Assembly: GCA_002711925.1 (NCBI GenBank)
Contig: PASJ01000004.1
Coordinates: 1 to 62,541, forward strand
Source of the DNA: Pseudobdellovibrionaceae bacterium
GTDB taxonomy: Bacteria; Bdellovibrionota_B; Oligoflexia; Oligoflexales; Bog-1112
Reading direction: 5' to 3'
DNA length: 62,541 bases
A program made the translations under genes and the position numbers. The stretch's first letter is position 1. Every line of letters begins with the position of its first letter. Below the pieces are notes generated by a model. The model was given only the letters and a program-made list of their open reading frames with translations. It had not been told where the DNA came from and did not search any database. This document shows positions 37,360 to 47,018 of the stretch, piece after piece.

Positions 37360-37558
37360 GTTTCTTAAGCAAGTGTCTTATTTCATCAATCTCTTTTCTT
37401 ATGGTGATAATTTTTTTATTAAGTGTTGTTTTGTTTTCTGAAAATTCATTAATTAGGTATGTTTCTTCTAGGGAGGTTTTATTCTCTTTTAGTAATTTTT
37501 TTTCGTCTCTTTTTATCTTGTAAATATCCATTTGAATAACATTTTCCTTTTTACTCAT
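37352..37558 (-). CDS. hypothetical small Lys-rich helical protein
   Basis: 68 aa. AAGGA lies 8 nt before the ATG. Its 3' end overlaps the hpt 3' end by 8 nt. Confidence 0.4.
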   Translation of the reverse strand: MSKKENVIQMDIYKIKRDEKKLLKENKTSLEETYLINEFSENKTTLNKKIITIRKEIDEIRHLLKKLM

Positions 37559-37602
37559 TTTAGAGATCCTTGTTCTGGTGAAAATGTAATGGTTTTTTTC
37601 CT

Positions 37603-37797
37603 CTAAGGCCTAATCTTGTATGCCCTTAAAATTTTTTGATTTGTTTCTTTTCGTTCTTTGCTAAGTTTTTCTTTAAGTTGAAGATTTTGGCGAATATATT
37701 TTTCAAATGTAACTTCGTCTTGATTGTTTTTCGGTTTTTTTATGCTTGTTTTTGGCTTATCAAGAGAAATAACGTTTTTTATTTGCTGTTCAGCCAT
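37603..37797 (-). CDS. hypothetical small basic protein
   Basis: 64 aa. A strong SD (AAGGAGAG) lies 6 nt before the ATG. Lys-rich and predicted helical. Confidence 0.5.
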   Translation of the reverse strand: MAEQQIKNVISLDKPKTSIKKPKNNQDEVTFEKYIRQNLQLKEKLSKERKETNQKILRAYKIRP

Positions 37798-38026
37798 GGT
37801 TTGCTCTCCTTGCCAATTGTTACATAAGATATTAGTACATGAAAATTTTACTGTACTCTTTTTGTTGAAATTTATCCTTTAAGCAGGTGTTAGTTTTATT
37901 AAGCTCCCCTAACTAGAGTAACTGTCTTTTTAAAAAAATCTACAAAGATCTATGGAACGTTAAGCTTTCTTATTTTTTTGTTTGCGAAACCCTTTTTATT
38001 CATTTTTTGGCAAAAGCCATTAAAAT

Positions 38027-38045
38027 TTATCCAAATTATGGATAA
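38027..38045. promoter_or_regulatory. inverted repeat TTATCCA-N5-TGGATAA (two head-to-head DnaA-box-like 9-mers)
   Basis: TTATCCAAA (38027..38035) and TATGGATAA (38037..38045, whose reverse complement is TTATCCATA). Each is one mismatch from TTATCCACA. Function unknown. Confidence 0.25.
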
Positions 38046-38115
38046 ACACTTCAAAACACGCCATCTATATCCATATTTCTTTTATTAAAGAAGTTTTAAA
38101 GAAAAATTCACAGTT

Positions 38116-38148
38116 CGAGGTTATTTATTTACCTCGCTATTTTTATTT
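38116..38148 (+). terminator. orphan rho-independent terminator-like hairpin
   Basis: CGAGGT-tatttattt-ACCTCG followed by CTATTTTTATTT. No annotated plus-strand gene lies upstream of it. Confidence 0.3.
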
Positions 38149-38566
38149 ATCAAAATTTTAAATATTCAATCGATTTTTGTATTAGAGATTTTCAGTTTTT
38201 TGTGGGAAATGTCAATAGCTTCAAGAACACAAGACGCTCCTCTCTTTTTTCCCCCTATTCACTTTCTAGCTAGCTAACTAAAAATAATCTGTGATTTTTA
38301 TTATTTTCTTGGTGCAAATTTAATCAAAAAGGCTGATTTTTTTAGTAAATTATTTGTATTTATTGATAAATTAATCATAGATTTTTCTATAAATCACTTT
38401 TTCTTATGTATCGGTCTCTTTTCAATTTGAAAATTTTCTTATAGACTGAAAATTATCGCATGTTGGTATAAGGCTTTCGAAGTCTCATTTGCATGTTACT
38501 TGTAGACTTAAGTGTTTTCAGTGAATGCTTGAGACAGATAAGATTCAGCTAAATAAGGAAAACTCG

Positions 38567-38800
38567 ATGAAAGAATTGGTCTCTTATATTGCCGAGGCAT
38601 TGGTAGATGAAACGAGTCGAATTAGTATCAATGAAATTGAAGGTAACCAGACAAATATCATAGAACTTAAAGTTGCCAAAGAAGATATTGGAAAAGTCAT
38701 TGGTAGGCAAGGAAGAACAGCAGATGCCATTCGAACAATTTTAAATTGTGCTGCAGCAAAGATAAATAAGCGCTATATTTTACAAATTATTGATGAGTAG
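38567..38800 (+). CDS. KH-domain RNA-binding protein (YlqC/UPF0109 family)
   Basis: AAGGAAAA lies 4 nt before the ATG at 38567 (MKELVSYIAEALVD). 77 aa. KH core IGKVIGRQGRTADAIRTIL. Confidence 0.85.
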   Translation: MKELVSYIAEALVDETSRISINEIEGNQTNIIELKVAKEDIGKVIGRQGRTADAIRTILNCAAAKINKRYILQIIDE

Positions 38801-38811
38801 AAAGGACAATA

Positions 38812-39834
38812 GTGAGACAAGTTGCTCAAGTCTTACTTGGTGCCATAGAGTCGACTATCCTTTCTAAGGATGAAAAAGATTTTCTAAGTTCACACAGCTG
38901 TGCGGGTATTACTTTATTTAAAAGGAACATATCTTTAGAAAGTTCTTTTCTTTGTCAAAAACTCACCAGTGAAATTCAGAAAACAAACCTATCTTCAAAT
39001 TTACCGCTTATTATTGCTGTAGATCAAGAAGGTGGACGTGTTTCTCGCTTTGGTAAAGATTGCCCAAATTTTGGACCCTGTTTAAATCTTGAAAAAGGGC
39101 AAACAGATAAAAAATCACTAGAAAACATAAAGTTATATGCATTTCACTTAGGTTTGTTTTTGCAAAAAGTGGGAGTCAACGTAAACTTTGCTCCTGTTGT
39201 TGATATTTTAACTTGTGAAGAAAACCTAGCCATTGGTGATCGTGCTTTTGGTAGGTCAGTTGAACAAGTTATACTTCGGGCTCAATCTTTTGCAGATGGT
39301 TTACGTCAAGCTAAAGTTAAATCATGTTTAAAGCACTTTCCGGGTCAAGGTGATGCTCTTTATGATACTCATTATAAACCGTGTGAAATCAATCTTGACG
39401 AACATTTCATGTGGAAAAGAGAACTTCTTCCTTTTAAAGCTATGACTGCAAATGTTGATATGGTCATGGTTTCCCATTGTATCTACCCCCAATTTTGCTC
39501 TTTGGAGGCCAGTCGGTCGTCTGTAATAATGACGGATCTTTTAAAGAAAAAAATGCATTTTTCTGGTTTGATTGTTAGTGATGACATGACTATGGGGGCT
39601 GTGACCCAATCAGATGAAGATTTGGGAGAATATATCATTGAGTCTATTGTGGCAGGGTGTGATCTTGTTTTAATTTGCCGCGGACTAGCGGCGTGGTCTA
39701 AAGTTTATAAAAGGCTTTCTTTAGAAGCTTGTCATAGTAAAGCCTTTTTTAAACGTCTCGATCAGGCTAGTCAAAAAGTAAATTTGTACCGCCAAAGCTT
39801 AGCTAAAGGCCGTTCATTGAGGTCGGCTTTTTAA
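38812..39834 (+). CDS. nagZ: beta-N-acetylhexosaminidase (GH3, NagZ)
   Basis: 340 aa, GTG start. Motifs IAVDQEGGRVSRF, KHFPGQGD and IVSDDMTMGA. Confidence 0.88.
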   Translation: MRQVAQVLLGAIESTILSKDEKDFLSSHSCAGITLFKRNISLESSFLCQKLTSEIQKTNLSSNLPLIIAVDQEGGRVSRFGKDCPNFGPCLNLEKGQTDKKSLENIKLYAFHLGLFLQKVGVNVNFAPVVDILTCEENLAIGDRAFGRSVEQVILRAQSFADGLRQAKVKSCLKHFPGQGDALYDTHYKPCEINLDEHFMWKRELLPFKAMTANVDMVMVSHCIYPQFCSLEASRSSVIMTDLLKKKMHFSGLIVSDDMTMGAVTQSDEDLGEYIIESIVAGCDLVLICRGLAAWSKVYKRLSLEACHSKAFFKRLDQASQKVNLYRQSLAKGRSLRSAF

Positions 39835-40121
39835 GACTTATCTTAATGAAAATAAAAGATTTTATTTTTTATTTTTTTAGCTTTCTTTTTTAGCTTTTTC
39901 AAAGCTATTTGTTCATTTTGCTTCGAATAGTTTGAGGTGATTTTGAGTTAAGCTCGTTTTTTTTCCTCAAGAGGTTAAAATTTTATCTGATTGTTTATTT
40001 AACAAGCTAAAAAAAGATGCTAAAAGTTTAACGATTAATGTCAATAACTAAGAAAAGCTTTGTGGTTGGAAAGTGCTACGTGTTAAAGGCTTGTTTTAGG
40101 TAAATAGATGAGTAGAAGAAT

Positions 40122-41801
40122 ATGACAAATGAAGTAGAATAAGTAAGTCGAAATTTCATTACTAATATTATTAATGATGACTTAGCAAAAAATAAAAATA
40201 GCGCTTATCTTACAACGAGATTTCCACCAGAACCTAATGGGTTTCTTCATATAGGACATGCAAAGTCTATTTGCTTGAACTTTGGCCTATCAGAAGCATA
40301 CGAAAAATCTCATTGTAACCTTCGCTTTGATGACACGAACCCCTCAAAAGAAGATATTTTATACGAGCAAGCGATTATTGATGACGTTAAATGGCTTGGT
40401 TTCAAGTGGGACAAAGATGTCAAGTACGCTTCAGATTATTTTGAGGAGTTGTTTGATTGTGGTGTTCAGTTAATCAAGCAGGGGCAAGCATATGTTTGTG
40501 ATTTATCTGCTAAAGAGATTAAAGAATACAGGGGTACTTTAACGGAAGCCGGGAAAAATAGTCCATTTAGAACAAGATCCGTTGAAGAGAATTTAGCACT
40601 TTTTCATGAAATGAAACAAGGTAAGTTCAAAGATGGTGAAAAAGTTTTACGCGCTAAGATTGATATGAGTTCCGGTAATATCAATATGCGTGATCCAATT
40701 CTTTATAGAATAATGAAGATACACCATAGTCGTACAAAGGATAAATGGTGTATTTACCCAACTTATGATTTTACACACTGCTTGTCCGATTCAATAGAGA
40801 ATATAACACATTCCTTGTGTACTCTTGAGTTTCAAGATCATAGGCCTCTTTATGATTGGGTACTTCATAGTCTCAAAAGAAAGAGTCATCCCCAGCAAAT
40901 TGAGTTTGCGAGACTTTGTATAAATTACGGTGTTACAAGTAAAAGAAAAATAAAACTACTTGTTGATAAAAATATTGTTGATGGATGGGATGATCCAAGA
41001 ATTCTAACTCTAGCTGGACTGCGTCGAAGAGGATACACACCTAAAGCAATAAGAAATTTTTGTCATCGAATTGGAATCAGCAAGAAAGAAACAATTATTG
41101 ACATGAGTATTTTAGAGGAATGTATAAGAAATGATTTGAACGACCATGCTCCCCGTCGTATGTCTGTTTTGGACCCCTTAAAAATTATTATTACCAACTA
41201 TCCTCAAGGTAAAGTAGAAACACTTCAAGTTCCTCATCATCCACAAAAAAGTGAAATGGGGTACCGGTCAGTATTGTTTTCTCGAGAAATTTATATTGAA
41301 CAAGATGATTTTTTAGAAGAAGCACCTAAAAAATTTTTCCGACTGGCACCAGGCCAAGAAGTTCGTTTGCGGTATTCCTACGTAATAAAGTGTGAGGAAG
41401 TCGTAAAAGATAAAGATGGTGTTATTAAAGAACTGCGTTGTACTTACGATCCTGAAACACTTGGGAAAAAACCTGAGGGTCGAAAAGTTAAGGGTGTTAT
41501 ACATTGGCTTTCTTGTGGGCACTCTGAGAAGGCCCATGTGAGAATTTACGATAGACTTTTCACTAAAGAAAGTCCCTCTTCAGATGAAAAGGATTTTCTT
41601 GAAGAAATAAATGAAAGCTCTCTTGTTGAGAAAAAAAATGCTTACATCGAAAAAAATATTGAAGGAGACCGTAAATCCGCATCTTTTCAGTTTGAGCGTC
41701 TTGGATATTTTTGTTTAGACAAAACATTAGGTGGATCAGTGAAAGTTTTCAATCGAACAGTTTCCTTGAAAGATACTTGGGCAAAATCAAAAGAGTCATA
41801 A
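40122..41801 (+). CDS. glnS: glutamine--tRNA ligase, with in-frame TAA at codon 7
   Basis: The ORF track starts at TTG 40275, but the same frame upstream encodes VSRNFITNIINDDLAKNKNSAYLTTRFPPEPNGFLHIGHAKSICLNFG (HIGH motif). ATG 40122 (MTNEVE) is in the same frame and is separated only by TAA at 40140..40142. The KMSKS-type motif VTSKRK is present. Confidence 0.85.
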
Positions 41802-41920
41802 TTTAGGAAGAAAATAGAATTCAAAGATTGGATTTAAGGTTTAAGTAAAACATTGACTTTATTTGCGATAAATCTTAGATTGACTCTTTTGTGATCAAAT
41901 AATATTTTTGCTCTACGCTT

Positions 41921-43714
41921 TTAGTATGATTGAGGCTCATGGTATTTGGGTTCCGTTTTTGAAAGAGTTAAGCTACCTTGGAAAAGCTCTTCTTGATCCT
42001 TATGTATATAACTTTTACCCGTTACCATACTTAGTTTACTCTGATACTTTTGTGTGTTTAGTTCAAAAGAAAGAACAGAGTTTTTTATTTCTGATTCTGA
42101 AATCATGTTATAACGAATATCGTTGGGATTTTTTTCTCTTTCAGATAGTCCAATTAGGTCGAGCTCATCAAGGTTTAAATTAATTTTAATCAAACCTTGA
42201 TCTATATCAACAAAAATATTAGCGCTTTTTTCTTTAGAAGAAGCGCAAATAAATGGAGTTTTGCTGGACGTGTTATAACATCCAACAATAGCTTGTGTTG
42301 AAAGATAGCGATCTAATTGCATCACCACCTTTACCTCATCTTTTTTAATATTTATACTTAGACCAACGTCTGGGTATACAGATAATGCCAGGTTATGTTT
42401 TGATATTTTTTCACCTGCCTTTTGTTTGTAAGTTAACCATCTGGTTTTCTTTTCGTTGTAAAGGTTTCTAGATTCCATACGTAGTTGGTAATTTTTATTA
42501 AAAAGTTCGACCATATATTCATATTTTTCTAACGTTGATATTCTCTCTGCCTCACTTAAGGTCTGAAAATCAGGAAGTTCTAAACCATATACCTCAGGGA
42601 AATCATGGTTTAAATTTTTTAGTTCTTTTGCTTGAAAGGAACTTATTTCGGGGAGAGTAGCTTTTTTATCTATTTTGTAGAAGTTATGAATTCTATCATT
42701 GAATGTGAAGTCTATATTTTTTTTTATATCCGTCCATGTTAGTGAAAAAGAGCTTAAATTTACATTTTTTTCAAAGTATTTTTCGATATTTCTTGTTAAG
42801 TGATCTTTAGCTTTTTCCTTTTTGTCATTGAAATAGATGTAAAATTTTTCTCCACTATTAAGCTTGATTAGTCCTGCAAAAAGAAGGGACGATTTGGATT
42901 TGAGTGTTTCTTGCCAATGTTTAGTTTGAAGCTTTTCAATCAAAGATTGTTTTTCTTCTTGAGAGATCTCTATCATTTTCGAACCAGATCTTTTGTAAAC
43001 TTTTAAAGAAGTTGCAAATACACCTTTTGAACTCCAAAAATAATTAAAATAGTTTTTGGCTTCTAAACTTTCGTTTTCAGGAGTTAAAATATTATTTTTT
43101 TCATAATAGCCTTCACAAATGGCAAGAGGTGTTGGTCTTTTGGTAAACTTGTATTCTCTTAAAATATCTGAGCTTGCAAATTTAAGAAGGTTCGAATCGC
43201 AGTAGCGATAAAAATCCTCCTTATTTTCTTCTTTCAAATTATTTTCTACCCATGATTTGGTTCGTTCAAGAAGTTCATATGATCCTTCTACCTGATCCTC
43301 GTAGAACTTATCTACTTTATCTCTACTTTTTTCTTCTAGTATTTTTTTTGTTGATCTAATTTTTTCTTTTAGTTGCTCAGAGCTTTTCCATCTTAAGAAA
43401 TCTTTTTCAGCTAGATCCTTAAAGTCTGTATCGATTTTTTTTGTTAAAACAGAGAGGCTTGCGACTTTATTCAGTTGTTCAACATCTGCATTTTTATTCC
43501 AAAAAACAACAGAGCCTCCAAGGTTAAGGTCTAAAATATTGTCGTCTTTAAGCTTAAAGCTTTCAGAAAAATTACGGTACTTTGGTTGTCTCAGTTTAGG
43601 TGATTCTTTCGAAGATACATCAGGGGTACTGGGACCACAATGGTAATTGAAAAAAATAATTGATAGAGAAAAAATATTTATGAATCTATAAAATTTTTTT
43701 TTTATTTCTTCCAT
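41921..43714 (-). CDS. hypothetical lipoprotein (597 aa)
   Basis: GGGAG lies 6 nt before the ATG at 43714 (MEEIKKKFYRFINIFSLSIIFFNYHCGP). The ORF track begins 5 codons earlier at a TTG. Lys/Glu-rich, no family recognised. Last gene of a three-gene operon. Confidence 0.7.
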   Translation of the reverse strand: MEEIKKKFYRFINIFSLSIIFFNYHCGPSTPDVSSKESPKLRQPKYRNFSESFKLKDDNILDLNLGGSVVFWNKNADVEQLNKVASLSVLTKKIDTDFKDLAEKDFLRWKSSEQLKEKIRSTKKILEEKSRDKVDKFYEDQVEGSYELLERTKSWVENNLKEENKEDFYRYCDSNLLKFASSDILREYKFTKRPTPLAICEGYYEKNNILTPENESLEAKNYFNYFWSSKGVFATSLKVYKRSGSKMIEISQEEKQSLIEKLQTKHWQETLKSKSSLLFAGLIKLNSGEKFYIYFNDKKEKAKDHLTRNIEKYFEKNVNLSSFSLTWTDIKKNIDFTFNDRIHNFYKIDKKATLPEISSFQAKELKNLNHDFPEVYGLELPDFQTLSEAERISTLEKYEYMVELFNKNYQLRMESRNLYNEKKTRWLTYKQKAGEKISKHNLALSVYPDVGLSINIKKDEVKVVMQLDRYLSTQAIVGCYNTSSKTPFICASSKEKSANIFVDIDQGLIKINLNLDELDLIGLSEREKNPNDIRYNMISESEIKNSVLSFELNTQKYQSKLSMVTGKSYIHKDQEELFQGSLTLSKTEPKYHEPQSY

Positions 43715-43748
43715 GTTTAACTCCCGCAAAAAATTTTACTGATAAAGT

Positions 43749-44981
43749 TTAGAAAAATATTGAAAAATCCATGGTAATTAAGTCTTTGTTTGGAACATTG
43801 AGACTCTTTATTTGCTTTTTTATCTCTAATGATGCTACTAGTGGAACTGGGAAATTTTTCTGCTTAAATGATTTAACTGTGCTGTATGCAAGACGTGCTT
43901 CAAAATGGTTAATTTTCTGTTCTGTATTATCTTCGGCTTTTTTTCGAGGAGAGATCTCATTTATTTCATATCGGTCTTGAAATTTGTACTCATAAGAGTA
44001 TCCCAGTCCCCCCTGCCAACCGCTAGAAAGATCAGCTTGTATTGATGTCCCTAGATTTAACACGTCACCTGTTTTATAGTTGATATTATCTTTTTCAACT
44101 TCAATAGATTCATCATTAGTTGCAAGGCGCATATTTTTATTTGATGCGGTTTTTCTTGTGTACTTAAAATATTGATTAAAAAATACTTCGGGAATTATAT
44201 GTTCATCGAGAATAAAGCTTGTGAAAAAATCCCATGTACCACTTCCAAATGGTAAATCGTTGAGAATGTCTGTGTTACTCACTCTTCCGCTTGGTATAGT
44301 TAGACCGTTTGTAGTTGCACACTTTAAAAAATCTTCGTTTAAAAAACGGTACTTTGTGGCTAAGGTTATGTCGCCTATGCCTTCTCCTTGCCAGTTCTTT
44401 AGTGTCGAAAAATTATTATCAAGAAGCTTTTGGTTTAAACCATCGACAGCATTATTCACTTTGTGAGCAACATCTCTAGCTGCTTGTGTTTGGTTATAAT
44501 CTTCGCTGTGAAGTGCTGCTATAAAATCTTTTGCATTTTGGTCTTCTTTAAACCCAAGAGATACAGCGACTTTTGCTTGATAATAAGGAATAGCAATAGC
44601 CATAGTTAAACTATCGGATATACCGTAAGATAAAACAGGAACCGTAACAGCAACATTAGCTTTCATATCAGCTAAGAAATTTCCTAAGCTGTCGTTTAGG
44701 TTGAATTTATCTTTCAAAAAAGATTTAAGAAGAAGCTGCTTCGTTCCTGTTTCTTTATCGACTATTTTTTGAAATGTTAGATCTTTTTCAAGCGGTTTAG
44801 CAAGAGGCTCTTTTTTTCCTTGGGAATTGTATTTTTCACTTATTGAAGTTGTAATTTGTTTTACCGTAAAATTTCTTATTCCTTTTGGTAAAACAGAGGT
44901 TTTTTCGAAACCATATAGATTTTGGAGTTGATTAAGAAAAAAAAATGGCAATAAAACAAAAAATTTTACTGAGCCTCTCAC
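43749..44981 (-). CDS. hypothetical outer-membrane beta-barrel protein
   Basis: 410 aa. GTG start 7 nt after AAGGAGAG. Signal peptide, alternating beta-strand pattern, C-terminus ...TMDFSIFF. Confidence 0.65.
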   Translation of the reverse strand: MRGSVKFFVLLPFFFLNQLQNLYGFEKTSVLPKGIRNFTVKQITTSISEKYNSQGKKEPLAKPLEKDLTFQKIVDKETGTKQLLLKSFLKDKFNLNDSLGNFLADMKANVAVTVPVLSYGISDSLTMAIAIPYYQAKVAVSLGFKEDQNAKDFIAALHSEDYNQTQAARDVAHKVNNAVDGLNQKLLDNNFSTLKNWQGEGIGDITLATKYRFLNEDFLKCATTNGLTIPSGRVSNTDILNDLPFGSGTWDFFTSFILDEHIIPEVFFNQYFKYTRKTASNKNMRLATNDESIEVEKDNINYKTGDVLNLGTSIQADLSSGWQGGLGYSYEYKFQDRYEINEISPRKKAEDNTEQKINHFEARLAYSTVKSFKQKNFPVPLVASLEIKKQIKSLNVPNKDLITMDFSIFF

Positions 44982-45031
44982 TTTAGTTCTCTCCTTGGTT
45001 AATTTTAGTCAGGATCAGATGGTTGATATAT

Positions 45032-45937
45032 CTAGTCTAGCTGGTCAATAAGACAGTTTTTCCAGTTATCTTTATTAATACATTTATTCACTTTTCCCAG
45101 TAACTCTGTCATGAGACCCTTGTAATAAATTGTTTCTGGCTCTCTTCCTCTCGGTAATTCTCCAAGGTCTTCTAGTTCGTTTAGAGTTTCAATACGACTT
45201 TCTAATTCTTGTTTAGCTGATTCAACTTTGTTGAAATTTTCTTTTTCTATAGCAATAGCAATTTTTGCTTGTGCTACGTAGTATGCGTTTTCGTGAAAAT
45301 CCTCTCCACTCAAAGGATCGGGAAAAGGACGATAGATTCGTGCTTGTGCTTGAATAGCTCTTTCTGCAAATACGAGAGCTTCTTTAGGGTCGTATAAACC
45401 AACTGGTTTTGCTTTTCGGTTACCTCTAACTGCAGACATAATTCGTAGAATTCCTCCTCCTTCGAATCCTCCCACATAGTTTCCTTCCGACTTTGTCGCT
45501 TCAAGAGCAGGTCCTTGTGCTGAACGCATTTTCATAGCCCACTTTAAACGTCCAGCAACACTCTCTGATAGTTTGCCTCTAAAGCCAAGACAAGAAAGTG
45601 TAAAATAATGGTATTCTTGTCTGTTGGTTTTTTTAATACTACTAACGGTTTTTAAACACTTTTCAAAAACTTTTTTTCTCACCTCGACCTTTACACCACC
45701 AACAACACCACCACGATAAATATCTAAACGAGCTATTTGTGATACAGCAAAAACTCTTTCATCTTCAGAAATGTTTTCAGAAAGTTTTTGTTCATATATC
45801 GATCTTGCCTGTGTTGCTACTTCAAAACCTTCGTGTCTTCGTTGAAATAAATCATCAGCTTGAGTAAAGTCTGCGGCTACACTGAAAAATGAAAATGTGG
45901 TCGATACAGCTATCATGATGCGTGAAAGTGTCTTCAT
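45032..45937 (-). CDS. hypothetical secreted helical-repeat protein
   Basis: 301 aa. AGGGGA lies 8 nt before the ATG. Signal peptide MKTLSRIMIAVSTTFSFFSVAADF. Helix-rich, TPR-like by eye only. Confidence 0.65.
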   Translation of the reverse strand: MKTLSRIMIAVSTTFSFFSVAADFTQADDLFQRRHEGFEVATQARSIYEQKLSENISEDERVFAVSQIARLDIYRGGVVGGVKVEVRKKVFEKCLKTVSSIKKTNRQEYHYFTLSCLGFRGKLSESVAGRLKWAMKMRSAQGPALEATKSEGNYVGGFEGGGILRIMSAVRGNRKAKPVGLYDPKEALVFAERAIQAQARIYRPFPDPLSGEDFHENAYYVAQAKIAIAIEKENFNKVESAKQELESRIETLNELEDLGELPRGREPETIYYKGLMTELLGKVNKCINKDNWKNCLIDQLD

Positions 45938-46200
45938 GCGTGAAATCCCCTATTGTCATGTTGTTTAAGTTTGTCTTCTTTTTTTTAATACTTATTAAGC
46001 TTTGTCAATCAATTAATAAAAAGGTTTAGATTCTTTAAAATCGGAATTGGGTAAATATCTGGTATTTTTTTGTTTTACAGTTTTCTTCTTATAAAATATT
46101 TTTAGATGAAAAAAGATAAGGATAATTTTTCACTTAAGACTTGTTATATATTTTTTATTATATTAATTGGCTAATTAGTGCTCAAAAAAAAGGTATATAT

Positions 46201-47013
46201 ATGCGTTTTGAAATAAAAAATATGGTCTTTTTTATTGTTTTGATAACACTTTTTTCTCAGTACATACTTCTGGGTAAAGGACAAGTTGTTTTAGAAGATG
46301 ATATTATGTTCGACGAAAAGCATGATATTTTGACTCAAGGATATCTTCAAATGTCATCTTTAACAATGAAAAAAGTAAAAGCTGAACAGTCTGATTTAAG
46401 AATGTATGATATTGATAATCTGATAAGTAAGATGGGGCAAGACGATTTAATAAATATAGCAAAAGCATCTGTCGTTTTTTCTGACGTCGATTGTAGTTTT
46501 TTCAAAGTTTCAAGTATTTTGTCGAATTCAAAGTATATAAAATCAACTTTTGCTGACGGAAAATTTAAAGTTTTAGGACCTTCAAGTTTAAAAGCTGAAA
46601 AAAATTATTGGATAAAAAAAATAACTTCAAATATTCATTTTTCAGAGTACGACTTTGATAAAGATGAAGGCCTTAATATGGAAAGAGAAGATGCTGATAT
46701 ATACTCGACATATATCTCAGTTAATTTACCTTTGAAACTTATCACCTCAACTAAGTCAGAAGAAAAAGATATCTCTTTTGGGTCAAAAGGTGCAAGAACT
46801 TTAAATTACTACTACGCTTTCAACGAGAAGGATATTCTACAAGTTTCAATTAAAATTTTGACATTAAAAAAAGAAGAACTTTATAACACTGTGACATATA
46901 AGGGTTTGGGGATTTGGGGACAAATTAAAAAAAATAGTTCAAGAGCCCAAATTGATGGAACATTGGTGGCTACAGGGCAGGTTAAAAGTCTGATTATGAA
47001 ATCTAAAATTTAG
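46201..47013 (+). CDS. hypothetical secreted protein
   Basis: ATG at 46201 (MRFEIKNMVFFIVLITLFSQYILLG) gives a signal peptide. The ORF-track start at 46141 adds 20 unlikely residues. Confidence 0.6.
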   Translation: MRFEIKNMVFFIVLITLFSQYILLGKGQVVLEDDIMFDEKHDILTQGYLQMSSLTMKKVKAEQSDLRMYDIDNLISKMGQDDLINIAKASVVFSDVDCSFFKVSSILSNSKYIKSTFADGKFKVLGPSSLKAEKNYWIKKITSNIHFSEYDFDKDEGLNMEREDADIYSTYISVNLPLKLITSTKSEEKDISFGSKGARTLNYYYAFNEKDILQVSIKILTLKKEELYNTVTYKGLGIWGQIKKNSSRAQIDGTLVATGQVKSLIMKSKI

Positions 47014-47018
47014 TTTTT

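Noticed and set aside
40275-40277. TTG 40275 as the glnS start (ORF-track call).
   Set aside because: It would remove the RFPPEPNGFLHIGHAKS (HIGH) catalytic motif, which is encoded in the same frame just upstream. See the finding on the in-frame TAA.
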